Source of the DNA: Nannocystis bainbridge
Lineage (GTDB): Bacteria; Myxococcota_A; Polyangia; Nannocystales; Nannocystaceae
Length of the DNA: 64,000 nt
Reading direction: 5' to 3'
Assembly: GCF_028368995.1 (NCBI RefSeq)
Contig: NZ_JAQNDL010000004.1
Location: forward strand, 448,001 to 512,000
Shown here: in pieces, positions 51,703 to 60,746 of the stretch
How positions within the stretch are numbered: the first letter of the stretch is position 1
Layout: the number at the start of each line of letters is the position of its first letter
Program-made: the position numbers and the translations under genes
Notes under the pieces: model-generated
Databases searched by the model: none
Seen by the model: only the letters and a program-made list of their open reading frames with translations
What the model was told of the DNA's origin: nothing

Positions 51703-51928
51703 GATGTCTCTCGGGACATGTCACTCGCGCTCGCCGAGTGGATGTCTCTCGGGACATTTCACTCGCGCGCTCGTCGGCGTCGAGTGGATGTCTCTCGGGA
51801 CGTTTCACTCGCGCGCTCGCCCGCGCCCGGCACATGTCCCGAGGGACATGTCACTCGGGACATGTGCCGGGTACATGTCTCTCGGGACATGTCACTCGCG
51901 CGCTCGCACGCATGACCCGAAGGACATG
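51703..51928. repeat. Composite array of 14-bp units (GATGTCTCTCGGGACATGTCACTCG repeated)
   Basis: Core groups at 51703/51717, 51741/51755, 51787/51801, 51833/51847/51861, 51874/51888, 51911/51925. Confidence 0.92.
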
Positions 51929-51947
51929 CGCGCGCGCGGGTGCCGCC

Positions 51948-54749
51948 TCACTCGGCTTCGCGGTACTCGAGCGCGAGCTCGCAGTAGGGGTCGAGGTAGA
52001 GGGCGCGGTCGAAGCACTCGCGGGCGTTGTCGCTGGCGCCCATGCTGACGTAGATCGCGCCGCGGTAGGCGTGGAGGATCGCCAGGCTCGGGTTGATGCT
52101 CTCGGCGTAGTCGAGCAGCTCGAGCGAGTTCTGGCCGATGTCGGGGTCGCAGCCGCTGGCGCGGTAGCGGGCGAACGCGAGGTGGGCGTGCAGGTCGGCG
52201 GTGTCGAAGCCGGTGTTGTAGGCGTCCTCGAACAGGGCCACGGCGGTGTCGTAGTCACCCTCGCGCATGGCGGCCTCGGCCTCGCCGTAGCGCACTGCCG
52301 CGTAGCTGGCAGCCCCGCCGTCGCCGCTGTTGGCGTCGTCGTTGGCCCCGACGAAGGTGTTCTCGCCGCTGGCGAGCATCGGCTCGTCGGCGTAGCCGGC
52401 GTCGTCGTCACCGATCTCGGCGTCCTCGTCGAGCTCGTCGAGCTCCTCGGCGTCGTCGTCCTCGTCGCCGAGGTCACCGAGGTCGGCCGAGAGCACGCCG
52501 GAGACGTTGGGATCGCCGAGGTCGGCCAGGTCGACCGCGAGCGACAGATCGCCGGAGACGTTGGGATCGAGCGGGGCGCCGTCGAGGTCGTCGCCGAGGT
52601 CGCCGGCGAGGTCGCCGAGGTCGTCGCCCAGGTCGAGGCCGTCGAGGTCGTCGAGCTCGGGCAGCGGCTCGTCGCCGTCGCCGAGCAAGAGGTCGTCGTC
52701 GACGCCAGCGAGCAGCTCGTCGGGGTCGAGGCCAGCGTCGGGGTCAAGGCCAGCGTCGGGGTCGGTGCCGGGACCCTCGTCGGCGAGCACGGCGGCGAGC
52801 GACTGCACGCCGCTCTCACCGGCGAGGTCGCCGAGGTCGCCGAGGTCGCCGAGGTCACCTGGTTCTTCGGGCAGGTCGGCGAGCGGCTCGAGCGCGAGGC
52901 TGGCGGGCGTGAGGGTGGCCGGCGGCTCGGGATCGAGGTCGCCGCGGCCGAGCTCCGCGAGGTCGGCGAAGGCGCCGTCGGCAGGCGCTGCTTCGGGCTC
53001 GCTCGCGGCGGCGATCGCCGGCTCTTCAGGCGCTGCGTCGTCGGCCGGAGCGTCGTCGCCCGCGTCGGTCGGATCGTCGAGCATCTCGTCGTCGTCGAGC
53101 TCCTCGAGCTCTTCGATGTCCTCGAGCGGCTCGTCGTCGGCGTCGGTCTCGTCGGGGATGGCGATGCCGGCGAGGGACTCGTCAGGGAGGGGCTCGTCGA
53201 CGAGGGCGAGGCCCACGAGCGACTCGTCGGGCAGGGGCTCGTCGGGCAGGGCGATGCCGGCGAGCGACTCGTCGGGCAGGGCGATGCCGGCGAAGGACTC
53301 GTCGGGGAGCGGATCGTCGGGCAGGGCGAGGCCGGCGAGCGACTCTTCGGGGAGGGCGATGCCGGCGAGTGATTCGTCAGGCAGGGCGACGGTGGCGAGC
53401 GCGTCGTCGCCGAGCAGGTCGTCGGGATCGCCGAGGTCGTCGGGCAGCTCGGGCTCGGCGAGCAGGGCCAGCGCGGCGCTGGAGGGCGAGAGGTCGGGCG
53501 CGGGCGCGGCGACCGGCGGGTCCTTGCGCAGCGAGGACAGGCCGGGCGGGGGGCCGAGCTTGTGGGTCGCGGGCGTCGGCGCGGGGGCGCGGATCGAGTC
53601 CTCGGGGCCGTCGCGCAGGTCGCTGAAGTCGGTCTCGGCGTCGAAGGCCCCCGAGACGTCGGCGGACGGGGCGGGCGTGAGCGTCGGCGCGATGGCGGGC
53701 GCGGGGCGAGGGATGATCTCGCGAGCGGCGGCCGCCTGCAGCTTGGCCCGCAGGTTGCGCGGGTCGGTGACGATGCTCTCGTCGACGTTGAGGCCGCGGA
53801 ACATCTCCTCGTCCTCGGTCGGCAGCAGCGGGACCCGCGGGTTGCGGCTCGAGGAGGCGCCGAGGTCGATCGGGAGCCGGCTCGGCAGCGGGGTGTCCTC
53901 GTACTCGCCGATGGTCGAAAGGACCTCGAAGCCGGGCGCGAGCTGGTCCTCGGGCAAGGTCGGCGGGGTCAGGTTGGGCCGCAGCGGGGCCAGGCGCCGC
54001 GGCGATTTGGTCTCGAGCGGGTCGACGACGCCGGCGCTGAGGAGGCCGAGCAGCAGGGTCGAGAGCTGCGGGACCTCGAGGTCGGGGCGGCGCGACAGCA
54101 GCTCGTCGGTGGAGCGGCTGCCGTCGATGCAGCGCAGGAAGTACAGCTCCTCGGGCAGGAGCTCGAGGCCGGCCGCGTCGCCGCTCCAGCGCGGGCTCGG
54201 GGTCGGGTACCTGTCGGCGAACGGTTTGAGGGCCTCGCGCGCGCGCTCGTCGGTGAAGCGCTCCTGGATCGCGGCGAGGATCAGCGCCTCGATGGTGCCG
54301 GCCGGCGGGGTGCCAGTGATGCCGGGCTCGGCCCCGGACTTGAACTGGAACCGGCCCTCGTCCCAGGCGAAGATCTCGAACAGCTTGCGCCGCAGCTGCT
54401 CCTCCAGGCCGTAGCGCAGGTTGTGCTCGGAGAGGATGCCCATCTCGACCAGCAGCTCGCCCTGCTTCTTGCCGGTGCGGCGGATGGCCTCGAGGGTGTT
54501 GTCGCACTGCTCCTGCGTGATGAGGCCCTGATCGGTCAGGACCTGGCCGAGGAACTCGGTGGCGAGGTTGCTGCGCACGACCGTGGGCTGGCCGTCGACG
54601 AAGAACACGACCTTCTTCGTGTCCCCGCTCATCAGGTACAGGCTGCCGGTGATGCCGGCGCCGGCGATGTCGCGCAGCAGGCTGGAGAACGGCACGCGCT
54701 TGAGCGAGCCCTTGGTCGGAAACCCGAGGTCGGTGTCAGCGGAGGTCAT
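51948..54749 (-). CDS. DUF4388-domain protein with long acidic low-complexity linker and C-terminal TPR
   Basis: KGSLKRVPFSSLL..TGSL..FFVDG, LGQVL, LFEIFAWDEGRFQF; TPR ARECFDRALYLDP. Confidence 0.85.
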   Translation of the reverse strand: MTSADTDLGFPTKGSLKRVPFSSLLRDIAGAGITGSLYLMSGDTKKVVFFVDGQPTVVRSNLATEFLGQVLTDQGLITQEQCDNTLEAIRRTGKKQGELLVEMGILSEHNLRYGLEEQLRRKLFEIFAWDEGRFQFKSGAEPGITGTPPAGTIEALILAAIQERFTDERAREALKPFADRYPTPSPRWSGDAAGLELLPEELYFLRCIDGSRSTDELLSRRPDLEVPQLSTLLLGLLSAGVVDPLETKSPRRLAPLRPNLTPPTLPEDQLAPGFEVLSTIGEYEDTPLPSRLPIDLGASSSRNPRVPLLPTEDEEMFRGLNVDESIVTDPRNLRAKLQAAAAREIIPRPAPAIAPTLTPAPSADVSGAFDAETDFSDLRDGPEDSIRAPAPTPATHKLGPPPGLSSLRKDPPVAAPAPDLSPSSAALALLAEPELPDDLGDPDDLLGDDALATVALPDESLAGIALPEESLAGLALPDDPLPDESFAGIALPDESLAGIALPDEPLPDESLVGLALVDEPLPDESLAGIAIPDETDADDEPLEDIEELEELDDDEMLDDPTDAGDDAPADDAAPEEPAIAAASEPEAAPADGAFADLAELGRGDLDPEPPATLTPASLALEPLADLPEEPGDLGDLGDLGDLAGESGVQSLAAVLADEGPGTDPDAGLDPDAGLDPDELLAGVDDDLLLGDGDEPLPELDDLDGLDLGDDLGDLAGDLGDDLDGAPLDPNVSGDLSLAVDLADLGDPNVSGVLSADLGDLGDEDDDAEELDELDEDAEIGDDDAGYADEPMLASGENTFVGANDDANSGDGGAASYAAVRYGEAEAAMREGDYDTAVALFEDAYNTGFDTADLHAHLAFARYRASGCDPDIGQNSLELLDYAESINPSLAILHAYRGAIYVSMGASDNARECFDRALYLDPYCELALEYREAE

Positions 54750-54960
54750 GCGCGAGAGCTCTGGAGCCGAGCGGGCCAACGATACCCCGGCGGCCACAAG
54801 CCGGGCAGCCCGGTCCGCGTAGGGTCTGCGCTGGATCGGGCGCCGGACGAGGCGCGCAGGCCCACGGGCGGGCAGTGTCACAGTCGAGCTTCGCGGTGCG
54901 CTCTTTGCGCAGCGCGGGGAGCCGGCGGGCCGCGCAGATCTGCCCCCGCGCGGGCGGGCC

Positions 54961-56919
54961 TCACGCAGGCTCGTGGAGCGGCAGACGGATGACGACGGCG
55001 GCGCCGCCGAGCTCGCTGTCCTCGACCCGGACCTCGCCGTTGTGGTCGAGCACGACCTTCTTGACGATCGCAAGGCCGAGGCCGGTGCCCTCCTTGCGGG
55101 TCGACTCGTAGGGCTCGAAGACCCGCTCGCGCCGCTCGATCTCGATGCCGGGGCCGTTGTCGTCGACGCGCAGCTCGACGAACCCGGGCTCGCCCCGGGC
55201 CGGCCGCGCGGCCACCCGCACGTGCACGGGGCCGCGCTGCCGCTGCGACAGCACCGCGTTCTCGACCAGGTTGACCAGGCATTGCTTGAGCAGCTGGCGG
55301 TCGCCGAGGATGACGAGCGAGGCCGGGGCGGGCATGACCTCGAGGACATCGGCGTCGCGCTCGGTGAGGTGGCCGTAGGCGCGCTCGAACTCGCCGAGGA
55401 TCCGCGCGACCAGGGTCGGCTCGAGCTGGGCCTCGGGGACCTTGGCGAAGCGCGAGAAGCTGGTGACCATGCGCCGCAGCGACTCGATCTCGTCCTCGAC
55501 GATCTCGACCGAGGAGCGGAGCAGGCGCGAGAAGTTCTCGTCGGTGCCGGGGTCCTTCTCGCGCAGCTGCTGGGCGGCCAGCTGGATCGGGGTGAGCGGG
55601 TTCTTGATCTCGTGGGCGATCCGCCGCGCCATCTCCTGCCAGGCGCCGACCCGCTGCAGGTAGGACAGCTTGCGCTGGGCCGAGGCGAGCTCGTCGAGCA
55701 TGCCGTTGAAGGCGGCGCCGAGCTGGCCGAGCTCGTCGTTGCCGAGCTCGGGCACGCGCGCCAGCAGGTCGCCGCCGGCGACCCGCAGCATGGCGTCGCT
55801 GAGCATGCTGAGCTTGCGCGTGGTGGCCCGCGCGAGCAGGAAGCCGGCGATGAAGGCGACCATCAGCACGAGCGCGCTGGCGGCCCCGATCGCGCGGTAG
55901 ACGGCCCGCTCGAGCTCGCCGCGGTCGACGACGTTGCCGTCGACGGTGACGTAGTCGAGGCCGCGCTTGATCATGCCGAGCGACTGGTAGTCGCGGTCGA
56001 GCGCGGGGTCGAGGGCGAAGATGGCGGCGAGGCGATCCTGGTCGGTGGGACCTGTCGCTTTGAACATGTTCAAAGGGACAGGCCCGGACATGACCCAGAT
56101 CCGCGCGCCCTCGTCCTCGGGCAGCAGATCGCGCCGCTCGGCCAGGGCGTGGTGCGGGCCGTTGATCTCCAGCTCGACGAGGTCGGGCTCGCGGCGCAGC
56201 AGGGCGTGCAGCAGCTCGCGCGGGCCGGCGGGGTCGTCGGCGGTCAGCTCGCCGCGGGCGGCGGCCAGCTCGAGCTCGCGGGCCATGGCCTCGAGGCGGG
56301 CGCGGTAGGTCTCCTTGCGGGCCTTGACGTAGCCGTCGTAGAAGGGCAGCGAGAGGGCGACGGCGTCGTCGCTCTTCTGGGTGGCGGCGCCGACGATGCC
56401 CTCGAAGTACTGGACGGTGAGGGCGACGAGGTAGGCCGAGGCGCCGACGCAGAGGATGCCGAGGCAGACGAGCGCGGTGATCACCCGCGACTCGAGCCGA
56501 CCCCACCACGGCACACGCGGGGCGGCGACGATGCGCTGACCGATCCGCGTCATGCGGATCCGCGAGAGGTCGCTCGGGCGCGAGTCGGCGGCGCCGAAGC
56601 GGAAGAAAGAAGAAGTGCGGGCCCCGGCCTTGTCGGCGCGCGGGTGGACGCTGGACTCGGGGCGCGCGGCCGGGGTGACGGCGGAGGGCGGGCGCGCGGC
56701 GGTCCGGGCTCGCGGCCGCGAGGGCTCGCCGAGCCTGGGGCGCGGATCGAGGTCGTCGCGCGGGCCCGCGGGCAATTCGTCGGAGGCGGCCGGCGTGGTG
56801 CGCGAGCCGGATCGTCGCGGGAGGTCGTCGCGCGATCCGGCTTGATGCGTCGCGTCGCGCGCGCCGGGCGGGTTCACCGGGCGCGGGGCGTCGTCGTCGC
56901 TGGGGCCGCGCGCGCTCAT
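54961..56919 (-). CDS. HAMP sensor histidine kinase, NtrY-like
   Basis: Two TM helices, HAMP, AWQEMARRIAHEIKNPLTPI, DNGPGI, GTGLGL; ATGA coupling at 56916-56919 (alternative start 56553). Confidence 0.92.
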   Translation of the reverse strand: MSARGPSDDDAPRPVNPPGARDATHQAGSRDDLPRRSGSRTTPAASDELPAGPRDDLDPRPRLGEPSRPRARTAARPPSAVTPAARPESSVHPRADKAGARTSSFFRFGAADSRPSDLSRIRMTRIGQRIVAAPRVPWWGRLESRVITALVCLGILCVGASAYLVALTVQYFEGIVGAATQKSDDAVALSLPFYDGYVKARKETYRARLEAMARELELAAARGELTADDPAGPRELLHALLRREPDLVELEINGPHHALAERRDLLPEDEGARIWVMSGPVPLNMFKATGPTDQDRLAAIFALDPALDRDYQSLGMIKRGLDYVTVDGNVVDRGELERAVYRAIGAASALVLMVAFIAGFLLARATTRKLSMLSDAMLRVAGGDLLARVPELGNDELGQLGAAFNGMLDELASAQRKLSYLQRVGAWQEMARRIAHEIKNPLTPIQLAAQQLREKDPGTDENFSRLLRSSVEIVEDEIESLRRMVTSFSRFAKVPEAQLEPTLVARILGEFERAYGHLTERDADVLEVMPAPASLVILGDRQLLKQCLVNLVENAVLSQRQRGPVHVRVAARPARGEPGFVELRVDDNGPGIEIERRERVFEPYESTRKEGTGLGLAIVKKVVLDHNGEVRVEDSELGGAAVVIRLPLHEPA

Positions 56920-57560
56920 GACGACACCAGATAGAAGCCCGGGACGGTTTTTATTGCGAAGGTCTGCTCGGCGCTCTGGGTGGCGCGGACGAAGATGCCG
57001 ACCCACCGCGAGAACACCGAGAGGTCGCGGCCCTGGCCGCGGTCCCACTCGTCGCCGGACTGCGGGGCGAGCAGGTCGCGGTCGATCGGGTTGCGCTGGC
57101 CGACGACGGTGGCGAAATAGACGGCCTCAGGGCCGCGCTGGAGGGCGCTGACGCGGGCGATGCGGACGCGGTCGAGGGTGGTGGCGCGGGCGATCGCCTC
57201 GTCGCGATCGGTGTAGTAGCGGATCTGCGGGGCGCGCCCGGGATCGCTGGTGGTGACCACGTAGCGCTCTTTCCACGGGTTGTACTGGATCTTGACGACG
57301 CGCGAGCGCTGGTCGACCGGGAGGCTGTGGCCGGTGCGATAGACGACGATCTCGAACACGAGGGTGGTGGCGAACGCCGACTCGAGCGAGGCCATGGCGT
57401 CGTCGTCGCGCGTGGGCAGGAGCTCGGGCATGGCGGCGGTCATGAGCACGCCGTCGCCGACCTCCTCGAACTTGGCCCGGCGGTTGCGCAGCAGCTCGAG
57501 GCCGCTGGCGCCCAGCAGCGGCAAGGAGAGGCCGGCGAGCAGGAGGGCGCGCCGCTTCAC
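56916..57560 (-). CDS. DUF4390-like exported protein
   Basis: Signal peptide; VKIQYNPWKERYVV pattern; lies upstream of the NtrY-like kinase. Confidence 0.65.
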   Translation of the reverse strand: MKRRALLLAGLSLPLLGASGLELLRNRRAKFEEVGDGVLMTAAMPELLPTRDDDAMASLESAFATTLVFEIVVYRTGHSLPVDQRSRVVKIQYNPWKERYVVTTSDPGRAPQIRYYTDRDEAIARATTLDRVRIARVSALQRGPEAVYFATVVGQRNPIDRDLLAPQSGDEWDRGQGRDLSVFSRWVGIFVRATQSAEQTFAIKTVPGFYLVSS

Positions 57561-59122
57561 AGCGGGGTCCTCCGCAGGACGTTGCCGACGCTGAACTCGA
57601 GCGCGCCGACGACGGTCTCGAGGCGCAGGCCGAAGTTGGCGTTGAAGCCGACCGGGGCGGCCCACTCGCCGGCGGCGCGGTGGAGGGCCCGCTCGGCGGC
57701 GTCGCCGGCGAAGGTGAAGATGCCGGTCGACCACACGAGATAGCCGGCCTTGATCCCGCGCACGCGGTTGCGCTGGAACAGCGGCCACACGTACTCGAGG
57801 TCGACGCGCGCGAACAACGAGCCGAGGACGCGGCGATCGACGCCGGTATTGAAGACGTCGACCGGGCTGCGGGTGGTGTAGATGAGACCCAGCTCGCGCC
57901 CGGGGGTCCAGTCGCTGAGATCGCCGGCGAAGAAGCGCTCGAACCGCGGGGCCCGGCCGGCGATCTGGCCGGCGACGAGGCTGGGGGTGATCCAGTGGCC
58001 CCAGGGCAGGCGGAAGCTGTAGGCGGCGCCGGCGACCAGCTTGATGTACTCGTACTCGCTGCCGACCAGCGGGGAGCTGAGCTGGAGGTCGAGGGCGACG
58101 CGGGCGCCCTTGCCGAGGCGCGCGGCCTCGTCGCGGCCGTCGTAGTTGAGGCCGAAGTTGAAGGAGGTGAGGCGGTGGACGCCGCCGAGCAGCTCGAGGT
58201 CGACCGGGCGGGTCTCGCCGAGCGGCGAGGTGTAGGTCGGGTCGCCGGGCGGCTGGGCGTTGACGCGCTCGAACCGGTAGTCGAGGCCGAAGACGAGGCG
58301 GTTGCCGGCGTTGAAGGTGGTGCCGAGGATGCCGCCGATCCGGCCGTAGTCGACGGTGCGGAACAGCGACGGGTCAGGGTCCTCGGGGCGGCCGGCGATC
58401 CGGAACGGCTCGCTGGCAGAGGTGACGTAGATGGTGCCGGCGAGGCCGAACCGCGAGCCACGCAGGCGCGGGGCGGCGAGGTGGAGCCGGAAGGCCTGCT
58501 GCCGCCGGCTGCGCGGGACCTGCCGCGGCAAGCTGCCCCACACGAAGCCGCCGCCGAGGTGCAGGGCGCGGCCGAGGAAGTTGCGCTCGAGCGCCTGGAC
58601 GCCGCCGCGGAAGGGGGTGAAGCGAGATGTCCCGAGGTACAGGTCGGTGACCTCGAGCGAGCTGCGCTCCTCGACCTCGACGGTCAAGGTGACGCTGCCC
58701 GGGTCGTCGGCGAGGGGGCGCAGGCGCAGGGTGACGCGCTCGAAGGCGTCGGTCTGGAGCAGGCGCAGGCGGGCCCGCTGGACCCGCGCGTCCTCGGGCC
58801 ACAACAAGGTGGCGCCCTCGCGCAGGCCCTCGGCGGCGAGGATTTCGACGATCCGCGCGCTCGGGGTCTGCTCGGTGCCGCGGACGGTGAGCGCGGCGAT
58901 GGTGACGCTGCGCCGCTCCTGAGCGCCGGCGGTCGCTGCGCCTGGACCGGGGCCCGGATCGGCGGGGGCGACGACGACAGGTCGGGCGGGTGGACCGGCA
59001 GCCGCGGCGGTCCACGGCAGGATACCTGCCGCGAAGAGCCCCCACGCGGGGCCGCACGACCACCGACTCGGAGCAGGCCGCCGGGATCGGCGGTCGCCTG
59101 CGCGGGCGTCAGGGGCGTGCAT
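57557..59122 (-). CDS. BamA/TamA (Omp85) family protein with a single POTRA domain
   Basis: POTRA (ITVRGT-like...LLQTDAFERV...VEVEER), ERNFLGRA, FERFFAGD; TACACT 8 nt before the ATG. Confidence 0.8.
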   Translation of the reverse strand: MHAPDARAGDRRSRRPAPSRWSCGPAWGLFAAGILPWTAAAAGPPARPVVVAPADPGPGPGAATAGAQERRSVTIAALTVRGTEQTPSARIVEILAAEGLREGATLLWPEDARVQRARLRLLQTDAFERVTLRLRPLADDPGSVTLTVEVEERSSLEVTDLYLGTSRFTPFRGGVQALERNFLGRALHLGGGFVWGSLPRQVPRSRRQQAFRLHLAAPRLRGSRFGLAGTIYVTSASEPFRIAGRPEDPDPSLFRTVDYGRIGGILGTTFNAGNRLVFGLDYRFERVNAQPPGDPTYTSPLGETRPVDLELLGGVHRLTSFNFGLNYDGRDEAARLGKGARVALDLQLSSPLVGSEYEYIKLVAGAAYSFRLPWGHWITPSLVAGQIAGRAPRFERFFAGDLSDWTPGRELGLIYTTRSPVDVFNTGVDRRVLGSLFARVDLEYVWPLFQRNRVRGIKAGYLVWSTGIFTFAGDAAERALHRAAGEWAAPVGFNANFGLRLETVVGALEFSVGNVLRRTPL

Positions 59123-59183
59123 CGGCCGCGAGTGTAACGCAAGGCGCGCCCGCGCCGCTCCGTTGTCCGCTAGACTGCGTCCC

Positions 59184-59567
59184 GTGGTGGGCCGCAAGCT
59201 CGTCGTCTACATCGAGGACAACCCGAGCAACTTCGCTCTGGCCCGCAAGATCCTCGAGCTGTCCGGCGACTACGAGGTCATCGGCGCCAAGGACGGGGTG
59301 TCCGGCCTGGCCCTGGTGCGCGACCGGCGACCGGACGTGGTCCTCCTCGACCTCGATCTGCCGGGGATCAGCGGGATCGAGGTGGTGCAGCGGATCCGCG
59401 CGAGCCCCGACATCGCGGGGACGCCGGTGCTGGCGGTGACGGCGAGCGTGATGAAACGCGAGCGCCGCCAGGCGATGGACGCGGGGTGCGACCGCTTCAT
59501 CGAGAAGCCGTTCGACATCCACGAGCTGCGCAGCCAGGTCGACGAGGTCGCGGCGATCCAGCGCTGA
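59184..59567 (+). CDS. Single-domain response regulator (DivK/CheY-like)
   Basis: YIEDNPSN, LLDLDLPG, AVTA, IEKPF. Confidence 0.92.
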   Translation: MVGRKLVVYIEDNPSNFALARKILELSGDYEVIGAKDGVSGLALVRDRRPDVVLLDLDLPGISGIEVVQRIRASPDIAGTPVLAVTASVMKRERRQAMDAGCDRFIEKPFDIHELRSQVDEVAAIQR

Positions 59568-59666
59568 AGCCGAGCGGGTGCGCCTGGCCGAAGGGGCAGG
59601 TGCGCGGGGCGGCGGGTGAGGAGTCGGCCGAATCGGCGACCTGGCGGCGGTGAGCGGTCGCGCGAG

Positions 59667-59768
59667 GCTGTCCGAAGGGGCAGGTCCCAAGGGGAATGTC
59701 CGAAGGGGCAGGTCTGAAGGGGCAGGTCCCAAGGGGCATGTGCCAGGGGACATGCCCGAAGGGTCAGG
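59667..59768. repeat. 14-bp-period palindromic array (8 cores)
   Basis: Cores at 59667, 59681, 59695, 59709, 59723, 59737, 59751, 59765. Confidence 0.93.
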
Positions 59769-60522
59769 CGGTGCGGGCGGCCAGGATCTCGGCGAGGGCG
59801 GCCAGCTGCTCGGGGGTGTTGACGCCGGCGACCTCGTCGGCGGGGACCTCCACGGTGAGGACGCCGCGCTCGGCGGCGCGGGCCACCAGGTCGGTGAGGT
59901 AGATCTCTCCCTGGGCGTTGGCCTGCCCGAGGCCCGGCAGCTCGCTGCGCAGCAGCTCGGCGCGGGCGCAGTAGACCCCGGCGTTGCACTCCCGGAGCGC
60001 GCGCGTGGCCGCGTCGGCGTCGCGCTCCTCGACGACGGCGTGGATCCGCCCGCGGTCGTCGCGGACGATCCGGCCGTAGCCGTGCGGGTCTTCGGGCGTG
60101 AAGGTGGCGAGCGCGAGACCGGCGCCGCTGGCTGCGCAGGCTTCGACGAGGCCGGCGAGGGTGGCCGGTCGCAGCAGCGGGACGTCGCCCGAGAGGATGA
60201 GCACCGGACCTTCGTGGTCGGCGATCGCGGGTAGTGCGCACTGTACCGCGTGCCCGGTGCCGAGCTGCTCGGCCTGCACGACGAAGCGGAGGTCGGTGAA
60301 CACGGGCCCGAGGGCCGCTTCCACCTGCTCGGCCCCGTGACCGACGACGACGACGAGGCGGGCGACGCCGGCCGCCCGGGCGCTGCGCAGGACGTGCACG
60401 GCCAGCGGCTCGCCGGCCAGCGGGTGCAGGACCTTGGGCAGGTCGGAGCGCATGCGGGTGCCCTTGCCCGCGGCGAGGACGACGGCGATCGGCGAAACGG
60501 CGGTGACGGGCTGCTGTGGCAC
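59764..60522 (-). CDS. glmU: GlmU N-terminal uridylyltransferase domain only
   Basis: LAAGKGTRM..PKVLH, EQLGTGHA, GDVPL, YGRIVR, NAQGEIYLTD, GVN; stops at 252 aa with no hexapeptide domain. Confidence 0.85.
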   Translation of the reverse strand: MPQQPVTAVSPIAVVLAAGKGTRMRSDLPKVLHPLAGEPLAVHVLRSARAAGVARLVVVVGHGAEQVEAALGPVFTDLRFVVQAEQLGTGHAVQCALPAIADHEGPVLILSGDVPLLRPATLAGLVEACAASGAGLALATFTPEDPHGYGRIVRDDRGRIHAVVEERDADAATRALRECNAGVYCARAELLRSELPGLGQANAQGEIYLTDLVARAAERGVLTVEVPADEVAGVNTPEQLAALAEILAARTA

Positions 60523-60746
60523 GCGCGGCGGACCTTAGCAAAATCGCCGGGCGCGGGTGTCCGGGCCGCCGTGCGCTGCGCAGGTGCGAGCTCGCTCGCG
60601 TAAGGCAAGGTGGGACGCGAGCGGCGGCCGTCGCTGCGCCGCCGGGGGGCCGCTCCGGGCCGCCAGGTTGCGCCGCAAGGTAGCCTGTGCGACCGTTGGT
60701 GTCGGTCCGCGCGCGTATCGGGATGGCACTCCGTCGCAACAGATTG

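Noticed and set aside
51948-55349. 1133-aa extended version of the DUF4388 protein
   Set aside because: The extension overlaps the kinase in another frame; the domain begins at MTSADTD (54749)
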